From a virus: DNA of 23,749 bases. The stretch lies in UHGV virus genome UHGV-1361621. One strand, written 5' to 3'. Below, piece by piece: positions 8,629-17,750 of the stretch; the first letter of the stretch is position 1, and the number at the start of each line of letters is the position of its first letter. Made by a program: the position numbers and the translations under genes. Under the pieces are notes generated by a model. The model saw nothing but the letters and a program-made list of their open reading frames with translations. It had not been told where the DNA came from and searched no databases.

Positions 8629-10193
8629 TAGCTAAAAAAATCCTCCGCATATTCTTCTTTTTCAATAAACCAATACATTGCGTCACTTAGTGCGTCTGCA
8701 AGGTCTATCTTATCTGCATACCCCTTCTTCTTGATACGCATTAAACCAAAGTCGTTTATTACTGTTTCGGCATTCATCAAATGCACACCAAGTAACTGAC
8801 TATCAAAGTGTAACCTTCCTTCTTGCATAAGTAACTGCATATTTTCTAACGTATTAGACAAGTGGAAGGAGTTTTGTTTAACCTCTTCATAAAATTCAAT
8901 GTCATACGTTTCTTCAAAGCGTCTTAGGAAGTTTGTGGCATGTGCACGGTCATAACATAAAGCAATTGGAACAGCGTCTTTTACACCTTGTGTAGTGAAC
9001 ACCTCCCAAGCTTCGTCACTCTTATTGCTGTCTGTATCGTGCGTGAGCGTTTCTCCTAAGTGTCTAAATTTATCCTCTGCACTTTCTGGCATGATAGGGA
9101 TAGCTTTTACATAATAGTGCCCCTCTTCTCTCCAAACTAACACAGTGCCCCAAACATCTCCCCTAATAGAGAAGTCCGAACCAACCACAACCAGTTTACC
9201 ACTTGGGTCAAGAGTATCACACAAGCAATTATCAACCATTTGTTTTGAGAAAATACTTGTGGTATCGTGCATGCTCAAATTAAAACGTTTAGTGATTACT
9301 TTAGCCATTTTGATAGGATTACCCAAAGCCCCTATAAAGTCGCTCTGTATATCCTCTAATGTGACTGTAAGACCTATTGCGGGGTTAGCCTTGTGATACG
9401 TTTCTGGTTTGTGTACCTCGTCATAATCATCTAAAGCATAATAGAACACCCAACGGGTAAAGTCCTCGTTCCTTACCCATTCTTTCCACGATTTCAATTC
9501 ATCATCATAAGCACCGCCTCGAATGACGTTGTTAGTAGTTGAAATAAACAAGAGCCCTTTATTTTTTCTGAGCCCCTGTCTGATTGTGATAAGCGGGTTC
9601 TTTTTGAATGCTCCGAACTCGTCCACGATTACAAGTTGTTCACGTCCACCGTCCAAGCTATCCTCATTTGAAGCATATACGGTTATTTCTGTGCCTTTAC
9701 TATCCAAGAAAGAATTGTCCTTGACCTTGATTTTATCTTGGTTGATTTTGATTTGGTTTTGGAACAGGTTTATAATCGTCCCCTGTGTGTTTGCCATAGC
9801 CCTAAAGTGTTTCATAAGGATTTGTTGCGCTTGGTCTTTTTTCGTTGCCATAAGAGCTATAACAGCATTAGGCATAGGAAGTAAGAACATAACAACTAAA
9901 GCGATCATGACATCAAGTATTGATTTTGCATTTGACCGACCTACAATAACCACTACTTCCGATACATCATAAGGGATACAGAAGGTTAGAGTAAGTACAG
10001 CTTTGTGATAAGGTATGATTTTAAAACGCTCATTATTTGGTAAGGTCATGTACTCTTCTAAGAAATTAAAAATTTCATCTGCTCTTTTATAGTCAATTTC
10101 ATCTTCTATTTTTAGAGCTTTCTCTTTAAGAGCTACAATTTCAGACCCCCACTCTTTTGAACTGTCCCCTATCCATTCTGTTAGCCTACTCAT
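8628..10193 (-). CDS. terL: terminase large subunit
   Basis: Walker A-like VIVGRSNAKS and Walker B LVIVDEFGAF in the N-terminal ATPase domain. The C-terminal RNaseH-like nuclease domain has acidic motifs VVGSDFSIRGD and DKIDLADALSDAMY. The start is chosen at ATG 10193 (MSRLTEW...), 2 nt after the HNH stop. The track's 10277 start would overlap the HNH gene by 82 nt. Confidence 0.85.
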   Translation of the reverse strand: MSRLTEWIGDSSKEWGSEIVALKEKALKIEDEIDYKRADEIFNFLEEYMTLPNNERFKIIPYHKAVLTLTFCIPYDVSEVVVIVGRSNAKSILDVMIALVVMFLLPMPNAVIALMATKKDQAQQILMKHFRAMANTQGTIINLFQNQIKINQDKIKVKDNSFLDSKGTEITVYASNEDSLDGGREQLVIVDEFGAFKKNPLITIRQGLRKNKGLLFISTTNNVIRGGAYDDELKSWKEWVRNEDFTRWVFYYALDDYDEVHKPETYHKANPAIGLTVTLEDIQSDFIGALGNPIKMAKVITKRFNLSMHDTTSIFSKQMVDNCLCDTLDPSGKLVVVGSDFSIRGDVWGTVLVWREEGHYYVKAIPIMPESAEDKFRHLGETLTHDTDSNKSDEAWEVFTTQGVKDAVPIALCYDRAHATNFLRRFEETYDIEFYEEVKQNSFHLSNTLENMQLLMQEGRLHFDSQLLGVHLMNAETVINDFGLMRIKKKGYADKIDLADALSDAMYWFIEKEEYAEDFFS

Positions 10194-10195
10194 GT

Positions 10196-10483
10196 TTAAA
10201 TTCTCCCCTCTGCTATTAGTTTTGCATAGTCTACTAAGTCCCCGCTTCTTTCTTTTGATTGGTGGCAAGCGTGACACACTACCTCAATAGGTTGGTATAT
10301 AAGTTCTTCCCTGCTGTCTGCTTCCACTTTACCATTTACCCATTGTATCGGTACAATGTGGTGCGCTATAAGGTCATAAGTTTTATAACATCTCTCACAA
10401 TGTCCTACTTCGTTTTTACATTTATTTGCGTAATTCTTCCACATTTGAGAGCCGTATATTTCCCCCTTTGTATATACTGGCAT
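10196..10483 (-). CDS. HNH endonuclease
   Basis: 95 aa carrying CERCYK...HHIVP...CHACH (CxxC/HH/CxxCH). Sits directly upstream of terL, as in cos phages where HNH assists terminase. GGAGG SD. Confidence 0.8.
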   Translation of the reverse strand: MPVYTKGEIYGSQMWKNYANKCKNEVGHCERCYKTYDLIAHHIVPIQWVNGKVEADSREELIYQPIEVVCHACHQSKERSGDLVDYAKLIAEGRI

Positions 10484-10490
10484 TCTCTCA

Positions 10491-12623
10491 TTACCTCCGT
10501 GTCAATTTAATACCGTTTCTTTCAAGTTTGCTATAAATATCTTTCGCTATCTTGTCTGCGTCATTACCATAAACATTAATGTTTACTTTGTTTTGTGATT
10601 GGTCATAGCTTGTCTGGCTATTAGTTGTACCAATTGAACCATTAAAGCCCACAGGAACGTTAGAAAGCAAGTTTTGAGTAGCTTTGTCATAGTTCCCGAA
10701 CAGTTGCAAGTGCATACCTAAAGGCTTACTCATAGAGCCGTATATCTTTTCTGTGACACCTTGTAAAGTATCATCAAAATCACTAGCTAACATAGGGCTT
10801 ACTAACCAACTACGACCGCCACCGCTTCCGCTGTGTCCCCCCGCTTGTGCAATATTATCCGCCATGCGCTTCTTATCAAAGAGCTTTTGAAACCACCCTA
10901 TTGCGTCTTGTATCCACCCGATAAGGTCAGCAAGTGAAGAAATGATTGAACCAATATCACTAATGAATCCCGATACATCTGCCCAATTAATTTGCTTCAA
11001 CCAATTGCGCACTTCGTAATAAGCGTCTGATACTTTGCCTGCTACCTTGTCAAAAGCTTTCCCTAGCTCCTCGTTAGATACTTCTCCATCACCGTTAGCG
11101 TCAATAAGTTTAATCATGTTATTAACAACATATCCTGCAAGCTGTCCCATTTTTTCCCCGACAAGCATAGAAAGATTTGTGGCAGTGTCCCCGAACTCTC
11201 CCATGCTAAAGCCTGAACTTGTCAACTCTGATTGGAAACCACTCAAAGCGCTTGTATCAAACCCTTTTCTAACCATTTCTTTAAGCTGTGTAAAAGTAAT
11301 TTGACCGCTATTAGCTGTATCTTCCGCTTGTTTTTTAAACTTTTCAAGAGCTAAATTCATGACCTCGGTATTAAATACCCCGTCTTCCATAGATTGCTTG
11401 AAATTATCCATTGTGATAGTACCATCTTGTTGGGCATTCATAGCATTTAACAAGCTTGTAGTGAAGTTTGTACCAAGTACGTTATTAAAATCCTCAATAG
11501 TAAGCTTACCCTCTTTTAATTGGCGCTTAATATCTCCAACTGATACCTTAAATCCTTTGTTCGCTTCCTGTGCTTTAGCCATTTTCTTTGCCCAATCAGA
11601 ACCAAAAGTATCAGCTAACATGTTGGCTTCTATCTTGCCCTCTTTCAAAGCGTCTGGCAACTCTTTAGCACTCATGGCTACACCTTGCAACTCATTGGCG
11701 GCTTCAATAAGCAAGTCACGGAACTGTGCACCTAGTGAACTTTGCATAATCTGGTTAAAGTCCTGCGCATGCAATACACCTGCCCCAAGAGCTTGTGAAA
11801 GACCGTAAGTAAATTGTTTTTGAGTATCCATTGAAAGCCCTAAGCTGTCCCCTACCGCATTGATAGCATTGACGATTTCAAAGGCTTCGTCCCCTGTTAC
11901 TTTTACATAACCTGAAATGAAAGAGGCAAGTTCTGCAAGGTCATTACGTTGTGATTGCAAGAGTAACGAACCTTTTTCAATATGACTGTTAAAATCTTGA
12001 TAACCTTTCGCACCGTCTGCCAATGTAACTGAAAGAGATTTCTGTGCACTCAATTGGCTGTCATAGGTATCCATTAAACGGTTAGCAAAGCCTCCCACAA
12101 GGTCAACTGCTTTCCCAATGCCATTAGACACCATACCAACACCACTTGAAACAGCTGTAAAAATCATTGAGAACTTAGAGCCAATATCTAACAAGCCACT
12201 TCCAAATGATTTTATTTTACCAACACCACCACTAAACATAGATTTGAATTTATCTAAGCCCCGTGGTGTGACATCTACCCCTTTAAGTTGGTGCAGTTCG
12301 CTCTCCAAGTTGTTTGCACTTATTTGCGCTTTACGCAATTGACTTTCTAAATTTGATACTTGTTTCTCTGTCCCACCGTTTAGCTTGACTTTTGCAAGTG
12401 ATTGTGTTAGTTGGTCAACGTTCTTTTTAGCAAGTGATAAAGCTCTCTCTGTATCTTTGATTGCCTTGTCTTTCATCTCGACTTTACCAGTTATTTTGGC
12501 ATTCTTGCTAGCACTCTTGGCAACTCGTCCAATCTCATTAATTTCTTTTTGTAGCGTCTTTGCGTCTGATAAAGCTTTCTTTGTTTCTAACTCGGTTTGA
12601 ATGACATATTTTTCTTTAGCCAT
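10491..12623 (-). CDS. tail tape measure protein (710 aa)
   Basis: Long N-terminal coiled-coil followed by Gly/Ser-rich hydrophobic segments. Sits immediately downstream of the overlapping chaperone pair. At about 0.15 nm per residue the length implies a tail of roughly 105 nm. Confidence 0.8.
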   Translation of the reverse strand: MAKEKYVIQTELETKKALSDAKTLQKEINEIGRVAKSASKNAKITGKVEMKDKAIKDTERALSLAKKNVDQLTQSLAKVKLNGGTEKQVSNLESQLRKAQISANNLESELHQLKGVDVTPRGLDKFKSMFSGGVGKIKSFGSGLLDIGSKFSMIFTAVSSGVGMVSNGIGKAVDLVGGFANRLMDTYDSQLSAQKSLSVTLADGAKGYQDFNSHIEKGSLLLQSQRNDLAELASFISGYVKVTGDEAFEIVNAINAVGDSLGLSMDTQKQFTYGLSQALGAGVLHAQDFNQIMQSSLGAQFRDLLIEAANELQGVAMSAKELPDALKEGKIEANMLADTFGSDWAKKMAKAQEANKGFKVSVGDIKRQLKEGKLTIEDFNNVLGTNFTTSLLNAMNAQQDGTITMDNFKQSMEDGVFNTEVMNLALEKFKKQAEDTANSGQITFTQLKEMVRKGFDTSALSGFQSELTSSGFSMGEFGDTATNLSMLVGEKMGQLAGYVVNNMIKLIDANGDGEVSNEELGKAFDKVAGKVSDAYYEVRNWLKQINWADVSGFISDIGSIISSLADLIGWIQDAIGWFQKLFDKKRMADNIAQAGGHSGSGGGRSWLVSPMLASDFDDTLQGVTEKIYGSMSKPLGMHLQLFGNYDKATQNLLSNVPVGFNGSIGTTNSQTSYDQSQNKVNINVYGNDADKIAKDIYSKLERNGIKLTRR

Positions 12624-13009
12624 TATAAAAGCCCCCTTATTTGTCGTCTAATTTTCTGTGCATTTGATTTGTAATCATAGTTAGCCTTAACTAAGTGCCT
12701 GCTATATCGTTGGTGTAAGTACCTATCATGTGCTAAAACGTTAAGCATTCGCCAACTTTCGTCTTTTGATTTGAAACCATTGATATAACCAATCATACCG
12801 CCTTTAATTGAGCCGTAAGCACGTGTTCTGGGTTTAAGCTGTGAAGTATCAAAGGTAACTGGATAACGGCTAAAATCGCCCCCTAATGTGCTCTTACGTG
12901 TTTGTTTAACTTCTTGTAAGTTATCGTTATGAACTCGTGCAATCTTCTTTGCTAAGTCCCCTGTGATTTCCCCTACTACTTTTTCGGGGTTGATTGTGGT
13001 CTTTGCCAT
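12623..13009 (-). CDS. -1 frame extension ORF of the tail assembly chaperone (GT-like C-terminal part)
   Basis: Overlaps the upstream 160-aa ORF by 34 nt in the -1 frame. Its stop overlaps the tape measure start (TAATG). Confidence 0.55.
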   Translation of the reverse strand: MAKTTINPEKVVGEITGDLAKKIARVHNDNLQEVKQTRKSTLGGDFSRYPVTFDTSQLKPRTRAYGSIKGGMIGYINGFKSKDESWRMLNVLAHDRYLHQRYSRHLVKANYDYKSNAQKIRRQIRGLL

Positions 13010-13458
13010 AATTTAACCTCAACGTGTTCCATATTATTTAACTCGTCCGCTGTAACTTTTTCTTTTTCTTTTGGCATGAGCTTCTTAATTAACCCTAGCG
13101 TCCATTTTAAGGGTCGTTTCGCATAGACTGGATAAGTTATACCAAGAGAAGAGCAAACAGCGCTTATCTGTGCTGTATTTAGCTCATGTGGCTTATCTGG
13201 GATAATTACTACACCATGTTTTCCTTTTGGTTTATCCTCTGCCATATACTTGTCTATGATTTCCCCCATAGTGATTGGCATTTTCCCGTGCATGATTGTG
13301 TGAAGAATTTCTTCTTTTGTGTACTTATCATCACAGCAAGCCCAATAAAAGCGTGCAATCTCTATAAAATTATCTGGGTCAATCTTCATAAAGTTAATAT
13401 CTAAGTCTTCCATTTTGGCTAGTGCTTCATAGGAGAAACAAAAATCTTCTTTTAACAT
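12976..13458 (-). CDS. tail assembly chaperone (G-like), 160 aa
   Basis: In the canonical position between the major tail protein and the tape measure protein. Ends within the G_AAA_AAG heptamer region. Confidence 0.6.
   Translation of the reverse strand: MLKEDFCFSYEALAKMEDLDINFMKIDPDNFIEIARFYWACCDDKYTKEEILHTIMHGKMPITMGEIIDKYMAEDKPKGKHGVVIIPDKPHELNTAQISAVCSSLGITYPVYAKRPLKWTLGLIKKLMPKEKEKVTADELNNMEHVEVKLWQRPQSTPKK
12979..12985 (-). other. candidate -1 programmed ribosomal frameshift slippery heptamer G_AAA_AAG (minus strand) joining the G and GT chaperone frames
   Basis: Read on the minus strand, ...ACC CCG AAA AAG TAG is in the 160-aa frame, and the -1 frame continues GTA GTA GGG into the 128-aa ORF. 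A AAG at the A-site is the classic bacterial shift site. Confidence 0.5.
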
Positions 13459-13509
13459 GTTTCACTTCCTTTGTCAAGTAATATTTATTAAGTAATTAAG
13501 TAATATAAT

Positions 13510-13540
13510 AAGGGGTACTATTACCTTCCAAGCCACCCCT
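13510..13540 (-). terminator. possible attenuator/terminator-like hairpin (AAGGGGT stem, 17-nt loop, ACCCCTT stem) in the 91-nt gap after the major tail gene
   Basis: 7-bp GC-rich inverted repeat, the only sizeable intergenic gap inside the late operon. No clean U-run follows, so it is weak as an intrinsic terminator. Confidence 0.25.
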
Positions 13541-13549
13541 TACTTTAAA

Positions 13550-14182
13550 TTATCCGCCCACGACTGTACCAATGTCAGTTGGCTCTAATGGTTTCAACTC
13601 TGTAAAGAGTTTCTCAAATGCAAGAGCTTCCTTACTTGTACCTGTTGCCAAGTCCTCGTCTGATACCATGAAATTAATCAATAAACGGGCTTTACCTTTT
13701 ACGACAAAGTTACCGCTTGTAATAGTCGCTTTGTGTTCGTACTCTTTACCTGTTGGACTTTCCTCGTCAGCTTGTGCGCTGTCACTTGGAGTTGTAGCCT
13801 GTGCACTTGGGTAGAAAGTAACTTTATAACCTGTCTTTTCATTATCACGGAAGCGTTCAGCATACGCAAACCCGTAAGGCTTGTAGGCTGTTGTGTCATC
13901 CCCCATGAAAGACCCGCCCAAGTTTTCAAAACCAAGAGCATGGCAAGCAAATTCTGACGGTAGGTCATAAGATTTTACAGTGATTTCACGTTTTAACGCA
14001 CCTGCAATAGTACGATACGGGGCACTAAACCCTGCGTAAAAGTTCACATTCTCTTGGTTGTTTTCGGTATCAATAGCACGCAGTCCCGCAATAGGGACAC
14101 CTTTAGTAGTGGAAGCACCTTTTAAGAAAGTCACTCCATAACCCAGCCCGTGCGTAAGTTCATTTAAAGCAGTATAAGCCAT
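13550..14182 (-). CDS. major tail protein (210 aa)
   Basis: Position immediately upstream of the G/GT chaperones. Size and composition are typical of siphoviral major tail proteins. The hairpin downstream fits high-stoichiometry expression. Confidence 0.5.
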   Translation of the reverse strand: MAYTALNELTHGLGYGVTFLKGASTTKGVPIAGLRAIDTENNQENVNFYAGFSAPYRTIAGALKREITVKSYDLPSEFACHALGFENLGGSFMGDDTTAYKPYGFAYAERFRDNEKTGYKVTFYPSAQATTPSDSAQADEESPTGKEYEHKATITSGNFVVKGKARLLINFMVSDEDLATGTSKEALAFEKLFTELKPLEPTDIGTVVGG

Positions 14183-14184
14183 AA

Positions 14185-14784
14185 TTAAGCATTACCTCCG
14201 ATTTCTTTCGTTACATTATCGGCATACCAAGCACCCAAGCAACGCATAGTGCCGTACACCTTTACTTTATTGTGTTGCATATCCATGCTTACCACGATTG
14301 TAGGAGTTATCTCCCCAAACAAAACACCCGTATCTGGGTTGATTGCAATAGTTTTAGCAGTTTTAAAGTAATCAACTTGATACTTAGGAATAGATAAAGG
14401 TACATAGTCATTATCATTTGTCAAGATGATGTCTGACATACCCTGTACAAATGTTCCTGTACTGTGAGTAAGTGCACTTTCTACCATATCCTTTTCAAGG
14501 TCTTTATAAATTTGTCGTGTAATCATGTCTACCGCAACATTGATAGCACCCTGTGTAATATCCCCGTTGTTATGGAAAACAATTTCATGCGTGTAAGCTT
14601 TACCGTCCCCAAGGACTTTAGTTTCAAAGTTACCCGCTAAACCGTCCACAACTTTAAACGTTTGTAAGACATCACTATCAACTACCCGCAAGCGTGATAA
14701 AAGAGGGAACTGCTCAAATGTCTGCCCCTCTAATACGCTCGTGATAGTTTGGGCATATCGACTTGTTACATCAAAATAAGCCAT
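14185..14784 (-). CDS. head-tail connector / head completion protein (199 aa)
   Basis: Sits between the capsid and major tail genes. AGGAGGG SD 6 nt before the ATG. Confidence 0.4.
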   Translation of the reverse strand: MAYFDVTSRYAQTITSVLEGQTFEQFPLLSRLRVVDSDVLQTFKVVDGLAGNFETKVLGDGKAYTHEIVFHNNGDITQGAINVAVDMITRQIYKDLEKDMVESALTHSTGTFVQGMSDIILTNDNDYVPLSIPKYQVDYFKTAKTIAINPDTGVLFGEITPTIVVSMDMQHNKVKVYGTMRCLGAWYADNVTKEIGGNA

Positions 14785-14808
14785 TTAAAGCCCTCCTAAT
14801 CTCTTTTA

Positions 14809-16239
14809 CTATGCTTCCGCCTTAGGCGTTAAAGTGATAAACACAGAGCGACCACGACCACGGATAGAGCCACCCACAAGCATTTCTGCCAACCATTGGT
14901 CAACGTTGTAACGTAAGTCAAAATCAACGTAATTGTTCATATCCAAGTCGCCAATAAGGACAAACTCTTCTTTGATATACATTGCAATCTCGTTTTGACC
15001 CATCCAAGCACGTGTTTCAATTGAGATAGCACCAAATGAGTTAGCGATTTGCTCTTTAGTTGCCAACTCGTTGAAACGTGAGTGACCGTCAGAGCCTTTA
15101 GCCTTGCGCAATTCAGCATAAGTTTTAGGGTGCATAACAACTACTACATTTTGATTATAAGAAACCTCTGCAATAGCGTCTGTCAACACTTCAAAAAGGT
15201 CAACTTTAGCAAGGTCAAAAGTGAGTTGTGGAGTCCAACCTGTTGTGTCTCCTTTAAGACCATAGATACCATTTGAGCCGTCTGCTTTACCGTAAATCAT
15301 GTTAAACTCAATTTGGTTAATAACACGTTGAGGAAGCACAGACATAACGTATTTAGAAAGTTCGCCTGTATCATCTACACCTGACACAGTCCCTTTATCC
15401 ATTTCCATGTAAGCATAAGCCATTTGAGGACGCAAAGAGCGTTTTGTTGCTGTGAGCTCTTCTTTCTTATCTCCGCCCGCTACAAAGAGGTCACGCTTGA
15501 AGATACCATTGTCCCCGTCGTCTGCCAAAGTCAAACCTTGAAAGCGTGCTTTTGTTGCTCCTGCAAAGAGTGAAGATTTAGAAGCCCATTGTGATGTGAT
15601 TGACCCAAGTTGATTAGACACAGCCAAGTTCCCTGCGTTGGTAAACTCACGCAAGAAAGTCTTTTCTGGGGTCTTTTGCATTTCTGCGCCTAACTCACGA
15701 TAAAAGAGTTCTTCATCATCTTTAGCCGTGTCTGTTGGGATTTGAGCTTCACGCTCTTTCTTCATTTCAGCCTGTACTTCTTCTAGCTCGCGTACTTTCG
15801 TTTCAAGAGCCTTCTTTTCAGCTTTTTCTTCCGCAAGTTGCTCAATTACTGCGTTAAGTCCGTCATTTACACCCATGTTTTCTTGTTCTCCTTCTTCTTC
15901 TTTGTTTTCTTTTTCTCGTACTTTTGTCACTTTAGCGCCTTTGTTGCTAGGCAGTGGAGTTAGTGACACCTCTTTTACAACGACATCTTTATAGAACGCA
16001 ATTCCGTCCACCTCTCGGGCTTTCATATCTAAGGCATTCCACCCAATAGATAAGCCTGCTTCTTCCAATGAACCCTCATAAGCGTCGTCTTGTACATATC
16101 CTGTGAGAATTAAATTGCCGTCCTCAACATGGATAAACCCTGACCCGATTTTCTCACGGTGTCGGTTGCAGATGTCTACACCTTCCTTTTCATTGCGGAC
16201 ACTCTCAATTACTGTTTTGTGACTGTCCAACGTTCCCAA
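14809..16239 (-). CDS. major capsid protein (HK97 fold) with an N-terminal prohead-protease-like segment and an acidic coiled-coil scaffold-like linker (476 aa)
   Basis: The N-terminus carries LDSHK...GLSIGWNAL...EVSLTPLPSNKGAKV, resembling the His / G-x-S-x-G / EVSLV..PAN motifs of HK97-family prohead proteases. Residues about 120-180 are an E/K-rich coiled-coil. The C-terminal roughly 290 aa have the composition of an HK97-like capsid protein. TTG start. Confidence 0.55.
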   Translation of the reverse strand: MGTLDSHKTVIESVRNEKEGVDICNRHREKIGSGFIHVEDGNLILTGYVQDDAYEGSLEEAGLSIGWNALDMKAREVDGIAFYKDVVVKEVSLTPLPSNKGAKVTKVREKENKEEEGEQENMGVNDGLNAVIEQLAEEKAEKKALETKVRELEEVQAEMKKEREAQIPTDTAKDDEELFYRELGAEMQKTPEKTFLREFTNAGNLAVSNQLGSITSQWASKSSLFAGATKARFQGLTLADDGDNGIFKRDLFVAGGDKKEELTATKRSLRPQMAYAYMEMDKGTVSGVDDTGELSKYVMSVLPQRVINQIEFNMIYGKADGSNGIYGLKGDTTGWTPQLTFDLAKVDLFEVLTDAIAEVSYNQNVVVVMHPKTYAELRKAKGSDGHSRFNELATKEQIANSFGAISIETRAWMGQNEIAMYIKEEFVLIGDLDMNNYVDFDLRYNVDQWLAEMLVGGSIRGRGRSVFITLTPKAEA

Positions 16240-17071
16240 AGGATTTGCTATCCCCCGAATTGCTTTGACTCCTATTTAGAGCACCTTCCTTTCCTGTTGT
16301 TGAAATATAAGCTACAAAATTTTCACGGTTAAACGTTGCATTTGGGCTGTGCTGTTTGATAAGCGGTTGTATCTTTTGCACGATAAATGTGATAAGAGAA
16401 ACCTCGTTACTTGTACCGTACAAAAGTTCTCTAGGCATACCATACTCAGCCAATGCAATATCAATTGCCAACTCCCCGTCATTCTTCACAGACCCGCTGT
16501 AATCTGGTTGCATTTGAGTGATTTTATCATCTTCACTCACTACCGTCATACCTCGGAACTCTTTAGCAAGTTCTGTCATACGGGTTAAACGCTCACGCAA
16601 TCTGTCCCATACTTCTTTCAAGCCACTGGCTACTTTCGTGTGCCAATAGACTTTGATTTGACCTTGACTGTCCAAACGACGACCAACACCATTAGAAGCC
16701 ATACCAAATAAAGCGCTAAAGCGTCTGGGGTTAGCTCCGTAGAATGGATTGTAAATCAGCTCATAGCTATCAGCTCTGACTGTTACCATTCGTTTGTTTG
16801 GCTCACGGACATAAATATTAAACTGATTTCCGTTTACCCTTAAAGCATAATAATTAAAGCCTCCTAAGGAAATTTTATAAACCTCTTGTCCCGTCAAGCA
16901 CAAACTAAATAAGTCATTAAGCTGTGCGCTATCCTTATAATTCACTCCGTCAAAGTAAGAAACCAAGCCTAAACACTTCTGTAGAATTAGGTCAGTTGTT
17001 GGATTGGAAACCGTGAAACTTGAAAAGCTTACATCTTCCGCTTGTGGTCTTAGTGGATTGTAAACATTCAA
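16205..17071 (-). CDS. head morphogenesis protein, 288 aa (portal/connector candidate)
   Basis: Sits between the lysin and capsid genes. TTG start 4 nt after GAGGTGA. No other ORF in the window is a better portal candidate, but 288 aa is short for a portal. Confidence 0.35.
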   Translation of the reverse strand: MNVYNPLRPQAEDVSFSSFTVSNPTTDLILQKCLGLVSYFDGVNYKDSAQLNDLFSLCLTGQEVYKISLGGFNYYALRVNGNQFNIYVREPNKRMVTVRADSYELIYNPFYGANPRRFSALFGMASNGVGRRLDSQGQIKVYWHTKVASGLKEVWDRLRERLTRMTELAKEFRGMTVVSEDDKITQMQPDYSGSVKNDGELAIDIALAEYGMPRELLYGTSNEVSLITFIVQKIQPLIKQHSPNATFNRENFVAYISTTGKEGALNRSQSNSGDSKSFGNVGQSQNSN

Positions 17072-17084
17072 CTAATCACCTCGC

Positions 17085-17747
17085 TCAATTCTTTTCTTTT
17101 GGTTTAGGGTAAATAGCTCTAAACTCTTTATCATACATTTTGGTGTATGGGAATTTGATTTTATTGTGTCCATCTTGACCTAAATAAAAATTAAGTTCAC
17201 GTTCTGTCTTAATCCAACGTGCGTTGAATCCGTCACAGATGTAATGTGCGTTGTTGTTCAAATTATAAATAACATACATATCTAAATTTACCTCTTCCTT
17301 TTCTTGTGGTTTTGGTTTTTCTGTTTGTTTATGTTTTACAGCTCGGACACCGTCCACAACTTCCGACCAACCTAAGTAGCGCATTTGCCAACCCATAAAC
17401 CTTATAAGCTCTGCACCACTGCCATATGGCTTATTACGTCTGCCACTAGCATATTCACTATCGTAAATCTTAGTCGTCTTACCGTCTGAATAGTACCAAG
17501 CAACATGCCCATAACCTGCGTATCGTCCATTTTCAATAGTGTAATAAACAGGTACCCATACATTGTTAGGCGGTTCTTCGTTGGGGTGTGCTGTCTTGTT
17601 AGCTACAGCATTGTTCCAAGACTGTTGCGCACTTCCTGCACGGTGTGAGTCTGGTGCTTTTACTGCGTCATCTACATACTGCAAACACCAACCACTAGCT
17701 CCCGATACATTCACGTTAGGTGTTGCGACCTGAACAAATGGTATCAT
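17085..17747 (-). CDS. CHAP-domain peptidoglycan hydrolase (endolysin), 220 aa
   Basis: Catalytic Cys in SGWCLQYVDDA and catalytic His in GYGHVAWYYSDG, as in CHAP amidase/peptidase domains. A C-terminal roughly 90 aa could be a binding domain. AAGGAG SD. Confidence 0.7.
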   Translation of the reverse strand: MIPFVQVATPNVNVSGASGWCLQYVDDAVKAPDSHRAGSAQQSWNNAVANKTAHPNEEPPNNVWVPVYYTIENGRYAGYGHVAWYYSDGKTTKIYDSEYASGRRNKPYGSGAELIRFMGWQMRYLGWSEVVDGVRAVKHKQTEKPKPQEKEEVNLDMYVIYNLNNNAHYICDGFNARWIKTERELNFYLGQDGHNKIKFPYTKMYDKEFRAIYPKPKEKN

Positions 17748-17750
17748 TAA

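Noticed and set aside
9523-9972. 149-aa + strand ORF inside terL, and similar + strand ORFs at 11035-11304, 11359-11808, 12118-12342, 12385-12600, 13572-13814 and 13733-13957
   Set aside because: All are antisense to long, motif-supported late genes. They have Ser/Leu/Pro-rich low-complexity translations typical of antisense frames of AT-rich coding DNA.
10194-10277. N-terminal 28 codons of the track's terL ORF (MSRLPPIKRKKRGLSRL...)
   Set aside because: They overlap the HNH gene by 82 nt in another frame. The ATG at 10193 gives a clean 2-nt junction with the HNH stop. The basic extension is probably not translated.
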